64,000 bases of DNA from Bdellovibrionales bacterium (GTDB lineage Bacteria; Bdellovibrionota; Bdellovibrionia; Bdellovibrionales; UBA1609): positions 58,215 to 122,214 of the forward strand of contig JAWLHR010000008.1 of the NCBI GenBank assembly GCA_041690295.1, read 5' to 3'. Shown here piece by piece: positions 46,993-58,473 of this stretch (its first letter is position 1; every line of letters begins with the position of its first letter). A program made the translations under genes and the position numbers. Under the pieces are notes generated by a model. The model worked only from the letters and a program-made list of their open reading frames with translations. It was not told the origin of the DNA and ran no database searches.

Positions 46993-49449
46993 ATGCACGT
47001 ACCGATTCTTCGTGTACTCCTATTTGTGATCGCCCTTTCCCCTCTAAGTTCAAAACTTCACGCATCGCCTGGACCGGAAGACGAATGCGAACGGATTTTA
47101 ACCAACTTATTTAAAACCGGTGACGCGCTACAGGACCTGGAGAATTTACTCAATGAATTTCGTATTGATCCCGCCGGCCGTCTGCCTCAAGGTCAATTGA
47201 ACTATTTTGTTTCCAAGTTGCGCTCGGTTCAGCCAACCCCTTATCAATCCCTGCAGCTTTTTGATTCATTAATTCAGTCCGCGATTTCACTGGCTCAATT
47301 CGGCTGGTTGACGGCTTTCACGCCTGAAATTTTATCGAATTACAAATTCGTGATCTCGGAGCTGAAGTCCGCTCTGCAAAACTCGGGGCTATCACGTAAA
47401 AAAATAATCGCCACCATACGGGCGGATTGGCGGGAGAGGGAAAAGGGGACTTTACCTTTCGGATTGGATTTCAGTTTAATTCACGACCGGGTCGAAGACA
47501 CAAAAGCCTTGTTAAAGAGTTTGGCGCGTAATCCGGAAGTTTTCGGAGCTTCGGTTCCCCTTGACCGGATTGATAACGCGTTCTTCTTAAAAGAAGTTCG
47601 GGCCCTGGTGGCGTCACTTGACGCCGAAAACCCGGATCGCTTGGCCGGTTTTGATCCCGCTTTACCTGGATGGGCTCCGGTTCCCCTTCCCGAGCTCGAA
47701 AGAAATGGTTTTTTGAACTGGGCCCATCAAGATCGAAACCGATGGCTCTCTTACTTTGATGAAAATTTGGAAAACGTGGAAACGCGGGCGAACCAAGCCG
47801 CTTTCTATGCTTTTCTCTCCCATTTAGCGCTGGCGCGAAATCTACGGGATTGGGCGGGATTACAAAAAGGAGACTTGAACGATCTCCAAGTTTTTAAGGT
47901 TCTCGATACAATCGCGGATCTGAATTTCTCGCAGTTCAACCGACTGTTTCCGTCCCGCACCCATTACAGCGAGAAACATTATTTGGCCGGCGCCAACTCG
48001 GATTTTGAAAAAAGCATCGTCAAGGCGCTTTACAAAGACCGTCATTTTAAAAAGGAACTCTTTGAATCCCTTCAGCCGGACTGGATTCACGACCCCGTGA
48101 TGAGATCCTGGCTGAACTTCGCCTCACTTGAAAAAGTCGATGATTTGCTCTCCCGGTTGGGGCGTGAATCCAGGAAAACGGTTCAAACCGCGAATCGCTA
48201 CCTTCGAGAGACATTGAAAGCTGGATTCAAAGTCATCAATGCCGACGAATCGTTTCGCGTTTACTATGGCGACGAAATTATTCGCGTTTTAACCAGGCTC
48301 AGCGCTGAATCCAACGGCCAACTGAACGATCCCGAACTCCGCGATCTTAAAAACCGGCTGCGAATCGCGTTCATCAGCCGAACCCCCGATGATCTCAACC
48401 TCGGTCGACGCACGGGTGATTGCACCAGCTTTCGCAGCGTGAGCTTCGCCGGAAGTTTACGCTGGTTCGCTTCACCGGCCGCGCAGATCGTGACCTTCTC
48501 CGTGGGAAGTCACTTTTTGGGCAAAGCTCACCTGGTGCTGCTCGACGGTCCCGAACCCCTTTTGGCCGTCGACGCCATCGAGATTAATCCCCAGGCCAAT
48601 ATTAACGCTCCCTTGCATGGATTATTGAGGACCCACCTGCCCCGCATTTTCGATGAACTGGGAGCTTTGGCTGTTCGCCTTCAACGCCGGCTCGTGATGA
48701 CTGAACTCTCCAACACGGCCTTTATGGTTGATTATTTGCAACAATTCCCGTTCTGGCGAGGAGAAGAGGACTTTCTTCCAGCGGAAATTCCGATTGACCG
48801 TCAAGCCGTTCGCGCTTTCCTCGAAAAACGCACCGGCATGAAACTCGGTCCTCCACCGTTGAATCCCGACGATGAAACCGATGGCGAGCTTTTCTTGCAA
48901 AGCTTTTCCTGGGTTGACGAAGCCCAATTAAAAACCTTTGGTCCCGAACGTGAAAAGCAGAAATTAAAGTCAAACCGGAACCTCGGTGCTCTAAAGGCGC
49001 TTGAAGACGAACTTCAAAAAGAGCTCGAAACACTCGGCGGGGGCTTACCGCGGGAGTTGCAAGCTTATGAATTCGCCTCCCTCGCTAGCCAGGATCCGAT
49101 GCTGGACGAGTTCGATCGGGAATTTCGCGATCACATTGAAGCTTCGCAATTGTTTGATCGAGAGCTCGCCGATGATTTCGAGTACGTCTCCAACACCCCG
49201 TTTGCTTCGGAAGCCGCGCGCATCGCCGAGGCCCTGGCTAGTCAGACGGATTTTGAGTTCTTTTACAACACCCACTATGGTGTTCCGCTCGTACGCATTC
49301 AACAAGACGCCGAACTCTTTCGTCTCCTCACCAAGCATCGGATTGTTTACCATTATTATTTTAAACGATTCGAAGCCGCGCGTGAAGAAGGTGGCCCGGC
49401 GTACACTTCAGGCTTTAATCTTCGGACGGATTTAAGAACGTGGCGCTAA
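46993..49449 (+). CDS. Large secreted hypothetical protein (818 aa)
   Basis: Signal peptide then DECERILT; conserved-looking core RTPDDLNLG..TGDCTS...VDAIE. Confidence 0.75.
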   Translation: MHVPILRVLLFVIALSPLSSKLHASPGPEDECERILTNLFKTGDALQDLENLLNEFRIDPAGRLPQGQLNYFVSKLRSVQPTPYQSLQLFDSLIQSAISLAQFGWLTAFTPEILSNYKFVISELKSALQNSGLSRKKIIATIRADWREREKGTLPFGLDFSLIHDRVEDTKALLKSLARNPEVFGASVPLDRIDNAFFLKEVRALVASLDAENPDRLAGFDPALPGWAPVPLPELERNGFLNWAHQDRNRWLSYFDENLENVETRANQAAFYAFLSHLALARNLRDWAGLQKGDLNDLQVFKVLDTIADLNFSQFNRLFPSRTHYSEKHYLAGANSDFEKSIVKALYKDRHFKKELFESLQPDWIHDPVMRSWLNFASLEKVDDLLSRLGRESRKTVQTANRYLRETLKAGFKVINADESFRVYYGDEIIRVLTRLSAESNGQLNDPELRDLKNRLRIAFISRTPDDLNLGRRTGDCTSFRSVSFAGSLRWFASPAAQIVTFSVGSHFLGKAHLVLLDGPEPLLAVDAIEINPQANINAPLHGLLRTHLPRIFDELGALAVRLQRRLVMTELSNTAFMVDYLQQFPFWRGEEDFLPAEIPIDRQAVRAFLEKRTGMKLGPPPLNPDDETDGELFLQSFSWVDEAQLKTFGPEREKQKLKSNRNLGALKALEDELQKELETLGGGLPRELQAYEFASLASQDPMLDEFDREFRDHIEASQLFDRELADDFEYVSNTPFASEAARIAEALASQTDFEFFYNTHYGVPLVRIQQDAELFRLLTKHRIVYHYYFKRFEAAREEGGPAYTSGFNLRTDLRTWR

Positions 49450-49517
49450 AACCTGACAATACGGGGCCCTATGCGGGTTCCAGTTTAACGCAGAATGTAA
49501 TAAAACTAAAGACCCTC

Positions 49518-50258
49518 ATGCGGTACTTAGTTGGAATCTTTTTGATCATTGGCCTGCCATTGGCCACTTTCGCCAAAGACGAAGAGCCTCATTACATCCT
49601 TCTCAAACTTTGGCCACAAACCTTAAAGGACATCCGACTTCTGGAAAGCATTGAACCCGAAGCGGAGTTTGAATCGATATTAAACACTCGCCATTACGTC
49701 GAGATCGACCTTTACTTTCCGACGTTTTCACCTGAACTGCCGGTCTTCACGGAAGTTCACTTTAATGTGCAACGCGTGAATAGTGAATGGGTCGATATCG
49801 CGACTGGATTCAGTGAAATTAACTTCTCGTCGGCCGATGAATTCAATCAGATCGCGCGTTCGATTCCGAGCTCGCCCACCTGGTCTCAAGTCGAAGCCGT
49901 GGAATTTTCGGTTCCTCCGGGAATGGTGGTGGCGAACGCCGTTTTTGCCAATCTTGATGCGGTCAAGTCCGTCTCGGGGAATATCATTCTTCCCGAATTG
50001 GTGGTCGGAAAACCGGAAATGACGGAGTTGACCGTGGCCATGCCATTTGAATCCACGGCAAACCCCTTCACCAAGTTTCCGGTTCTATTCCGTCTGACTT
50101 ACACTTATCTCGATCCTAAAAATCCCGAACTCAATGTGTATTACCGCAAATTGTTCGAGGGCCATGCCTACCCTTCGGAGCTCACAAGCTCCCAAAGGAC
50201 CAAGCTCGACCAGCTCCTCGTGCTCCATTCCTGTGAAAGTCGACTCAAAGTGCATTGA
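49518..50258 (+). CDS. Secreted hypothetical protein
   Basis: Signal peptide (ATFA); C-terminus HSCESRLKVH. Confidence 0.7.
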   Translation: MRYLVGIFLIIGLPLATFAKDEEPHYILLKLWPQTLKDIRLLESIEPEAEFESILNTRHYVEIDLYFPTFSPELPVFTEVHFNVQRVNSEWVDIATGFSEINFSSADEFNQIARSIPSSPTWSQVEAVEFSVPPGMVVANAVFANLDAVKSVSGNIILPELVVGKPEMTELTVAMPFESTANPFTKFPVLFRLTYTYLDPKNPELNVYYRKLFEGHAYPSELTSSQRTKLDQLLVLHSCESRLKVH

Positions 50259-50324
50259 ACGGGCTTGATCGTCTGTTTGAATTGGCTTTAGACTATGAGG
50301 ATCAAACCACGAATAAGAGGGTAT

Positions 50325-51005
50325 ATGAAATACAACATTGGCATCATCTCCGCGCTTTCACTCACTTTGATTTCCTGCACTAGCGATAAACAAATTGAAG
50401 AATGGGTGCAGAAGAATCCGGAAAAAATCATGAAGGCATTGATGGACCATCAACGGGCCCAACAAGAAGCCAATCAACCCAAACCCGAGGATGTGAAGCA
50501 AAACGCCGCGGCCTTGTTTGAACACGAAGGCAGTCCTAGGTCGGGAAGCGGTAATATCAAGATCGCCTACTTTTTTGATTTCAACTGCGGACATTGCGCC
50601 CGCCAGAAGGAAACGATAAAAGAAGTTTTAAAGAAACACTCGGACGACGTCCAGGTGGTTTACAAAAACCTTCCGGTTCTGGGTCCCGCATCCGAGATGA
50701 CCGCCCGTGGCGCCTTGGCCGCTCATCAGCAAAATAAGTTTGTCGAGTTTTACGAGGAAGCTTATAAAAACCGTCCGAGAAGTCCCGAAGCCCTTGAGAA
50801 AGTGGCGAAAAAAATCGGCTTGGACATGAAACGCTGGAAAGCCGACATGGAAAGTGAAGTGGTCACTCAAGAGTTGAGCCATGTGCAAGAGCTTGCCGGA
50901 AAATTGAAAATCCGCGGCACACCTTTCCTGGCCATCGCTCCCGACAAAGTCTTTCCCGGCCGAGTCGATCAGCTGATGGAAATCGTGGAATCGATTAAAC
51001 AGTAA
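50325..51005 (+). CDS. DsbA/DsbG-like thiol-disulfide oxidoreductase lipoprotein (ScsC/Com1 type)
   Basis: LISC lipobox; FFDFNCGHC; RGTP cis-Pro loop. Confidence 0.9.
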   Translation: MKYNIGIISALSLTLISCTSDKQIEEWVQKNPEKIMKALMDHQRAQQEANQPKPEDVKQNAAALFEHEGSPRSGSGNIKIAYFFDFNCGHCARQKETIKEVLKKHSDDVQVVYKNLPVLGPASEMTARGALAAHQQNKFVEFYEEAYKNRPRSPEALEKVAKKIGLDMKRWKADMESEVVTQELSHVQELAGKLKIRGTPFLAIAPDKVFPGRVDQLMEIVESIKQ

Positions 51006-51083
51006 GTTTTTATTAGGTCATCGATCAGCCCGGACACGAACTGGGCCGGGCACAGTCGGATAGACACGATTAAGGAAGGATCT

Positions 51084-51174
51084 TGGTGCCCCGGGCCAGA
51101 CTTGAACTGGCACGGACCGGTGAGGGTCCCCAGGATTTTAAGTCCTGTGCGTCTACCAATTTCGCCACCGGGGC
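51084..51174 (-). tRNA. tRNA-Leu(TAA)
   Basis: GCCCCGG acceptor stem, CAGGA-CTTAAAA-TCCTG anticodon arm, long variable arm, TTCAAGT T-loop, encoded CCA. Confidence 0.96.
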
Positions 51175-51249
51175 GCGTTGCCTATGCAAAGCCTAAAAGG
51201 ATCTAAAAGGTGACTTTGCAAACGGGTTCTGTCAATGTTTTCGGGCCCC

Positions 51250-51927
51250 ATGAAAGTGAATTCTCTTTTTATCAGCCTGATTCGCGAGCAGTTTTGGCCA
51301 CTTTTGGTGCTCTTTGGCGCGACGGCTTTTATCGGCATCACCTTGCAGGATATGGCCGCGGGCCTATTTACCGACCAAGAAGGCTTAAGGATTTTGCTGC
51401 ACCTCATGATCGGCCTGACCGATTTGGGCGAGGGGCTGCTACTAATGCTGTTTCTCAGCTGGGCCGTTGCCCGCGTTCATCCGTTCAAGGGCCCGCGATT
51501 TCTTAACCGCCCGTTTGATCGTCCTTACCTGAGCAGCTTTTTTGCCGAATACCTTCGCGCTCTCGCCAGTACATTGATTTGGGCCTTATTCCTTTTAATC
51601 CCGGGGTTTATCAGATACCTGCAATTGACCTTTGTTCCGTTCATCGTGTTTTTCAGCGCCGATTATGAAAAGGGCGAGGTGGATGCTTTAAAGTTTTCAA
51701 CCTCGCTGTTTAAGAAATGCTGGGTGCCTGTATCCGCCGTGATCATCGGCACGACTTTGCTTTCCATGACGTTGGAAATGGTGCCGTTCTTCTATGGCGG
51801 GATTTTTCATTCGATACCCATCCGCGTCACCTTCCAACTTCTCAACTACTTGCTTGCGATTTGGACCTATAGTTTTATCGTATTGCTGTTTGAACGCGAA
51901 ATGAAGCGCATCCAGGAGAACCCATGA
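51250..51927 (+). CDS. Hypothetical integral membrane protein
   Basis: Multiple TM helices; LLIPG...ALKFS pattern. Confidence 0.75.
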   Translation: MKVNSLFISLIREQFWPLLVLFGATAFIGITLQDMAAGLFTDQEGLRILLHLMIGLTDLGEGLLLMLFLSWAVARVHPFKGPRFLNRPFDRPYLSSFFAEYLRALASTLIWALFLLIPGFIRYLQLTFVPFIVFFSADYEKGEVDALKFSTSLFKKCWVPVSAVIIGTTLLSMTLEMVPFFYGGIFHSIPIRVTFQLLNYLLAIWTYSFIVLLFEREMKRIQENP

Positions 51928-52976
51928 TGGAACTCACTTTCACCGCGGCAGGTATTCTCTCTCGCGGACGCGGCCTCACCTTCGACGACGTCTTGATTGT
52001 GCCAAGCAAATCGGCGGTTCGATCGCGAAAAGATCCCGTTCTTTCGACCCGAGTCACCCGCCGCTTTAAATTGGATTTACCTTTCATCAGCGCCAATATG
52101 GATACGATTACTGAAAGCCAGATGGCGATCGGCATGGCCAAGCTCGGTGGCCTGGGTATCCTTCACCGATTCATGTCGATTGAGCAGCAGGTGCAAGAAG
52201 TCCGGGTGGTGAAAGAGGCGGGAGTGGATCTTGTCGCGGCCAGCATCGGTGTGAACGATGATTCCCGCGAGCGCTCCGAAGCGCTCGTGAAAGCGGGAGC
52301 GAAGATTCTCACCATTGATATCGCCCACGGCCACTCGACCGCCATGCTCGAAACCATTCAGTGGTTGAGGGATCGGTTCGGCGATTCCATCGATATTTTA
52401 GCGGGGAACGTGGCCACGCCGGAGGCGACGGAAGACCTGATCAAAGCCGGCGCGGATGCGATTAAGGTCGGCATCGGCCCTGGCTCCATGTGCACGACCC
52501 GCATCATCACCGGTTGCGGCGTGCCCCAGTTGACCGCGGTGGCCTGGTGCGTGCAGGCGGCGCGGGCCCATGATGTTCCCGTGATCGCTGATGGCGGGAT
52601 CAAATCCTCGGGCGACATTGTCAAAGCTTTCGCCGCCGGCGCGGAAACGGTGATGCTCGGTTCATTGCTCTCGGGCACGCTCGAAACCCCAGGGGCGATT
52701 CATTACGGCAAAAAACATTATCGCGGTATGGCTTCCAGAGCGGCTCAAACGTCCTGGCGCGGCGGATTGCCCGAAGGAATGGCCCCCGAGGGCGAATCCA
52801 CTTCGGTGCCGATCAAGGGTCATCTAAAGGACGTCGTGAACGAATTGGCCGGTGGTTTACGTAGCGGCATGAGCTACATCAACGCCGCTCAGCTTTCGGA
52901 AATTCCGGAGAAAGCCCGGTTCATGGAAATGTCTCCCAACGGCTATCGCGAGTCCACGGCACACGGACTTCGCTAA
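51924..52976 (+). CDS. IMP dehydrogenase / GMP reductase family protein lacking CBS domains
   Basis: [42 protein letters not shown]. Confidence 0.9.
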   Translation: MMELTFTAAGILSRGRGLTFDDVLIVPSKSAVRSRKDPVLSTRVTRRFKLDLPFISANMDTITESQMAIGMAKLGGLGILHRFMSIEQQVQEVRVVKEAGVDLVAASIGVNDDSRERSEALVKAGAKILTIDIAHGHSTAMLETIQWLRDRFGDSIDILAGNVATPEATEDLIKAGADAIKVGIGPGSMCTTRIITGCGVPQLTAVAWCVQAARAHDVPVIADGGIKSSGDIVKAFAAGAETVMLGSLLSGTLETPGAIHYGKKHYRGMASRAAQTSWRGGLPEGMAPEGESTSVPIKGHLKDVVNELAGGLRSGMSYINAAQLSEIPEKARFMEMSPNGYRESTAHGLR

Positions 52977-53753
52977 ATGGCGATCGCTGTTTTTGACTCA
53001 GGCGTTGGCGGACTCACCGTGCTGCGGGCCTTGATTCAAAAATGGCCCGGCGAAGACTTTGTTTACCTCGCGGACACGGCCCGCCTCCCCTACGGCAGCA
53101 AAAGTCTTCACACCATCCATCAATACGTCGAGCAAAACATCCAATTCCTTCGCTCGGAGTATCAACCAAAGGCGGTGGTGGTGGCCTGTAATTCCGCATC
53201 CACCGCGCTTTTGGAGTTTCCCACAAAACGTGACATCCCCGTCTTCAATGTGGTTGAACCCGGCGCCCGCCGGGCGGTGGAAGTGTCCCAATCGCGCCGC
53301 ATCGGCGTGCTCGGCACCCGCGCCACCATTCAAAGTGAAGCTTATGTCAAATCCATCCACAAAATCGATCCCTCGGCGGACGTTGTCCAACAAGCCTGCC
53401 CGCTATGGGTGCCCCTGGTGGAAGAAGGATGGGTCGATGATCCGGTCACGAATTTGATAATCTACCGCTACATCTCGCAGGTCCTGCGCCACAACGTGGA
53501 TACGCTCATCATGGGCTGCACTCATTTTCCCGTGCTGGCCCAAGGGATATCCAAGGCCGCGGGCCCCGCGATCACGCTCGTCGACTCGGCCCATGGCCTC
53601 ATCGAAGATTTATCGGTTTTGGATTTACGCTTCGAAGGTGACGGCCGCCTGCGAATTCTTTGCACGGACTTTTCCCCACGCCTGGAAGAAACCATTCGCA
53701 TGCTCTTGAATGGAATTCCCTATGAGAGCCTTGAAACCGTGGACGTCAGATAA
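52977..53753 (+). CDS. murI: Glutamate racemase
   Basis: FDSGVGGLTV, PYG, ACNSA, GCTHFP. Confidence 0.95.
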   Translation: MAIAVFDSGVGGLTVLRALIQKWPGEDFVYLADTARLPYGSKSLHTIHQYVEQNIQFLRSEYQPKAVVVACNSASTALLEFPTKRDIPVFNVVEPGARRAVEVSQSRRIGVLGTRATIQSEAYVKSIHKIDPSADVVQQACPLWVPLVEEGWVDDPVTNLIIYRYISQVLRHNVDTLIMGCTHFPVLAQGISKAAGPAITLVDSAHGLIEDLSVLDLRFEGDGRLRILCTDFSPRLEETIRMLLNGIPYESLETVDVR

Positions 53754-53755
53754 AT

Positions 53756-55117
53756 CTATCCACCGATCAGTTTGATATTCATGAATTCAAAACAGCCTTC
53801 ACGGCCAAGTTCACGGCCGATGCCTGAATCTTTGATTCCACCGAACGGCACCATCGCATCGGAGCGGACATAATCATTAATAAAAACCATTCCGGCTTCG
53901 AATTCGTTTATCGCCAAGTCTTTGGCGCGCTCAACATCACGGGAGAAAATCGCACCACCCAATCCGTAGCGCGATAAATTGGCCAAACGCAAAGCCTCAC
54001 GATTGTTCGGAGCCTCGATAATCGCCGCGACAGGACCAAACAACTCTTCGTCGAACGCGGCTTGACCGGGGTTCACGTTCACCAGAACCGTCGGCGGATA
54101 ATAATAACCCGGTCCCTCGGGAATTTTGCCACCCGACATCAACCGGGCCCCGGACTGAAGCGCACTCTCCACTTGCTCGCGCAAGGTTTGCCGCAAATCC
54201 GCGCGCGCCAAAGGCCCCAAATCCGTTTCCAGATCCATGGGATCTCCCATTTTCCGTTTGGCCATCTCGGCGATCATTTTGTCCGTGAAATTTTCAAGTA
54301 AACTTTTATGCACGATGAATCGCTTGGCGGCGACACAACTTTGTCCCGCGTTCTGCAACCGGGAGGCGGCGCAAACCTCAACCGCATGATCCAGATCGGC
54401 ATCCTCGAAAATCACATAGGCGTCGCTTCCGCCCAATTCCAAAACACATTTTTTTAAAAAACGACCGCAGAGCTCAGCCACGGAACTTCCCGCCCGCCTT
54501 GAGCCCGTCAAAGAAGCGCCACGAATACGCGGGTCCGCGATCAAGCGTTCAATCATCGGCACATCAATCTGCAAGTTGATAAAAACATTTTCCGGAAACG
54601 CCGAGGCGAAAATCTCCTCGATCTTCTCAGCGGAACCCCAAGTGTTCGGCGCATGTTTGAGCAAGACCGAATTTCCGCCGAGCAAGGTCGGGATCGCGAA
54701 ACGCACCACCTGCCATAAAGGAAAATTCCACGGCATGATGCCCAAAATCACTCCCAGCGGGACCAGATGCACACTATGACCCAGCGGTGACGAATACTGA
54801 TGGTCGTTCATCCACTGCGGATAAAGCTCCCTCAGCACCTGACAGGAATGTATGGATTTGTCGATTTCCGCGAAGGATTGCTTGAGGGGTTTGCCCATCT
54901 CAAGACTCATCATTCGCGCCAGACCCTCGCGTTCTTCGCGCAGCGAACGCTCGAAGCGTTGAACGGCGCCGACTCTTTCGGTGAATGTGCGATGTTGCCA
55001 GTCTTTTTGCGCGTTCGCGGCCCGCTCCACCGCCCGTTCCAGCCAATCGCCGGACTTGAATTCGTATTTTTTAATTTCTTCACCCGTGGCGGGATTGATC
55101 GTCACAACCATCTTCAT
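53756..55117 (-). CDS. NAD(P)-dependent succinate-semialdehyde dehydrogenase (Sad/GabD type)
   Basis: MPWNFP, LKHA, ELGGSD, GQSC, EELFGP, PFGG; start reassigned to MKMV (ATGA overlap). Confidence 0.9.
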   Translation of the reverse strand: MKMVVTINPATGEEIKKYEFKSGDWLERAVERAANAQKDWQHRTFTERVGAVQRFERSLREEREGLARMMSLEMGKPLKQSFAEIDKSIHSCQVLRELYPQWMNDHQYSSPLGHSVHLVPLGVILGIMPWNFPLWQVVRFAIPTLLGGNSVLLKHAPNTWGSAEKIEEIFASAFPENVFINLQIDVPMIERLIADPRIRGASLTGSRRAGSSVAELCGRFLKKCVLELGGSDAYVIFEDADLDHAVEVCAASRLQNAGQSCVAAKRFIVHKSLLENFTDKMIAEMAKRKMGDPMDLETDLGPLARADLRQTLREQVESALQSGARLMSGGKIPEGPGYYYPPTVLVNVNPGQAAFDEELFGPVAAIIEAPNNREALRLANLSRYGLGGAIFSRDVERAKDLAINEFEAGMVFINDYVRSDAMVPFGGIKDSGIGRELGREGCFEFMNIKLIGG

Positions 55118-55716
55118 CGCTCCGTTTTCCGGGCTTGACCCGGAAGCCAAGCCGTGATCACCGCCCGCATCGCTTCTTCCACCGTCATGTCCGTGGGATG
55201 AATCCATTCCATCGGCACGAATATCGTGTATCCGCCGAACTGGTAGCTCATCGGCAGATAGACAGCGACACGACGCTCTTTAGTGACGGCGGCCGGCAAA
55301 TCCTCAAGCGAATCCCGAGTCATAAGGCCCACGATTTCTATGTCCGTTTCCGGAAACCGAACCACCACCACCTGATTTCCCTTTTTCTCCGCCCCCGGCT
55401 TAAGAAAATCAGTAAAATCCTTAATCGCCACATACACGGTTTTAATGACCGGAGTTTCACGAAAAAGCGCTTCCACGATATCGAACATCCATTTGGTGAG
55501 CGGGCGATCCACCACCGCGCCGAAGGCGTAAATGATCACGAAAGCCACGACCGAACCCATTCCCGGCACATAAAGCGCGTCCGGCACGAAAGCCAAAAGC
55601 AGTGAGCGCGATAAATTTTCGACCCACTTCAAAAACCAGAAAAAAACATAAATGGACAACAAAATCGGAAGCAGGGTGAAGAGTCCGCGCAGAAAGGTTG
55701 TCATCACGTGCTTCAT
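55114..55716 (-). CDS. DUF502 family membrane protein
   Basis: FLRGL..LLP, PVIKTVY..IK, VYLP, MTVEEAM. Confidence 0.88.
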   Translation of the reverse strand: MKHVMTTFLRGLFTLLPILLSIYVFFWFLKWVENLSRSLLLAFVPDALYVPGMGSVVAFVIIYAFGAVVDRPLTKWMFDIVEALFRETPVIKTVYVAIKDFTDFLKPGAEKKGNQVVVVRFPETDIEIVGLMTRDSLEDLPAAVTKERRVAVYLPMSYQFGGYTIFVPMEWIHPTDMTVEEAMRAVITAWLPGQARKTER

Positions 55717-56909
55717 TGAGCTTCCAGTCTCCCGTCAAACAAGGCCAACTCGGGCGGCCGAGGCATTTCGTTATAATTGTTCGCCATCACCGCGCCATAG
55801 GCACCGGTATCAAAAATACCGATCCAATCCCCGGACTTCAATGGTGAAACTTCCCTTTGTTCGGCGAAGATGTCCGTGCCTTCGCAAAGCGGTCCACAGA
55901 TCGTATAGACTTCTTTCGCGCCGGATCTGTGCACCAACGGTTCGATACGGTGATAGGCCTGATACAGCGCCGGCCGCATGAGCGCGTTCATGCCGACGTT
56001 CAGAATGACAAACTGCCGATTGATTCCACGCTTCACGTGTACCACTTTCGCAATTAACACTCCGGCGCGGGCCACCAAGAATCGTCCCGGCTCGATCACC
56101 ACACGAGCTTCGGTGTTGTGCCCGCCGATCGCCGCGAAATAATCCGGAAGAATTTCCAAATCCCGCTCACCCGATGAGTGATAATCGAGACCCAGACCGC
56201 CGCCGAGATCAAGAGTCCTCAGCGCGAACCCTTGCCCCCGCACCTCGCGATAAATTTCTCCCATGCGTTGGCTCACAGTGCGAAACACCGAAATGTCGGT
56301 GATCTGGGAGCCGACATGGGTCGCAAGACCCACCAAGTGGCAGTTCTTCGCCGTCTTCAACCAGGTCAAAACCTCGGGCAACTGGCGGATGTCGATGCCG
56401 AACTTGGATTCTTCAGTGGCCGTTTGGATGTTCTTATGGGTCGGCGCCGCGAGGTGAATATTCAACCTGAGCGCCACTTCCGCTTTTAAATTCATCGCGC
56501 GCGACAATTCCTCGATCAGTTGCAGCTCTTCAAAACTTTCCACATTGATCTGGTGGATACGTTTTCCCAGCGCGAATTCCAGTTCCTCATGGCCTTTACC
56601 GAGGCCAGAGTAAATGATCTTCGAGGGTGAGAATCCGTTCTCGAGCGCCTTTTTCAATTCACCCAGGCTGACCACATCAACGCCCAAGCCCTCACGCGCG
56701 AACAGTTGGAGCAATCGGGGAAAGGAGTTCGCCTTCATGGCGTAATGAACTTGCAATCCTGAAGAGACAAACGCCCGTGCTCTGCGAGCCGCCTCATCGA
56801 GATCATAGAGATAAAATGGCTGCGATTGTTGGCGGGCCAAATCGATCAACGGCCGCTCACTCGCTCCACTTTTTAAAAACCATTGAGAATCCGCAAAATA
56901 AAATGCCAC
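55713..56909 (-). CDS. lysA: Diaminopimelate decarboxylase
   Basis: YAMKAN, DVVSLGE, SKFG, HVGSQ, DLGGG, EPGR, GPLCE, GAYG; start probably GTG at 56909. Confidence 0.93.
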   Translation of the reverse strand: MAFYFADSQWFLKSGASERPLIDLARQQSQPFYLYDLDEAARRARAFVSSGLQVHYAMKANSFPRLLQLFAREGLGVDVVSLGELKKALENGFSPSKIIYSGLGKGHEELEFALGKRIHQINVESFEELQLIEELSRAMNLKAEVALRLNIHLAAPTHKNIQTATEESKFGIDIRQLPEVLTWLKTAKNCHLVGLATHVGSQITDISVFRTVSQRMGEIYREVRGQGFALRTLDLGGGLGLDYHSSGERDLEILPDYFAAIGGHNTEARVVIEPGRFLVARAGVLIAKVVHVKRGINRQFVILNVGMNALMRPALYQAYHRIEPLVHRSGAKEVYTICGPLCEGTDIFAEQREVSPLKSGDWIGIFDTGAYGAVMANNYNEMPRPPELALFDGRLEAQ

Positions 56910-56968
56910 GTTAATCCCTTCGCCGCACTGCTTGACCTTCGCTTGAAGATAATCAAAACTCAAGCACG

Positions 56969-57633
56969 ATGAGAGCTTTTTTTCTAGAGCAAACCGCCAA
57001 TGGACTCCCTATTCCGGTTTATGAATTCGGTCATTCGGGGCCTCGAGTATTGATTCTAGCGGGAGTTCATGGCGACGAGCGCGAAGGGGTTGAACTCGCC
57101 ATGGCTTTAACCTCACGCTGGAATCAGAGCTTTCCGTTTCGATTGCGCATCACCGTCATCCCCATGTTGAACTTGGACGGAGTGATTCGTTCGCAACGCG
57201 TGAACGCCCGCGGCGTGGACTTGAACCGCAACATGGCCACGAATGATTGGACCGCCGAGATCGCGAATCCCCGTTACAATCCGGGACCCGAACCCAATAG
57301 TGAACCGGAAACCCGCGCGCTGGTGGGCTGGCTCGAACGCCATACACCGTCATTGATTCTTTCCCTTCATTCATGGAAACCCATGATCAACGTGAATGGT
57401 GATTGCGGTCGCGAAGCCGCGGTTCTCGCGCAATGGACCGGGGTTGAGGTAAAAGATTCGATCGGCTATCCCACGCCCGGTTGTCTGGGCACCTATTGTG
57501 GTCTGGAGCGCGACATGCCCACCATCACCTATGAGATTGAGCGTGGCCTGGACACGAAACGTATTCTCGCACTCCATGTTCCGGCCCTCGAAGAGGCCCT
57601 GAAAGTCACCGAACTCACACGACGGAAATCGAT

Positions 57634-57637
<4 letters not shown>
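56969..57637 (+). CDS. mpaA: Murein peptide amidase A (M14)
   Basis: GVHGDE, NARGVDLNRN, SEPET, SLH, IGYPTPG; no signal peptide. Confidence 0.85.

Positions 57638-58469
<832 letters not shown>

Positions 58470-58473
<4 letters not shown>

Noticed and set aside
46900..51174. Integrated island at tRNA-Leu
   Set aside because: No integrase and no duplicated tRNA 3' fragment seen
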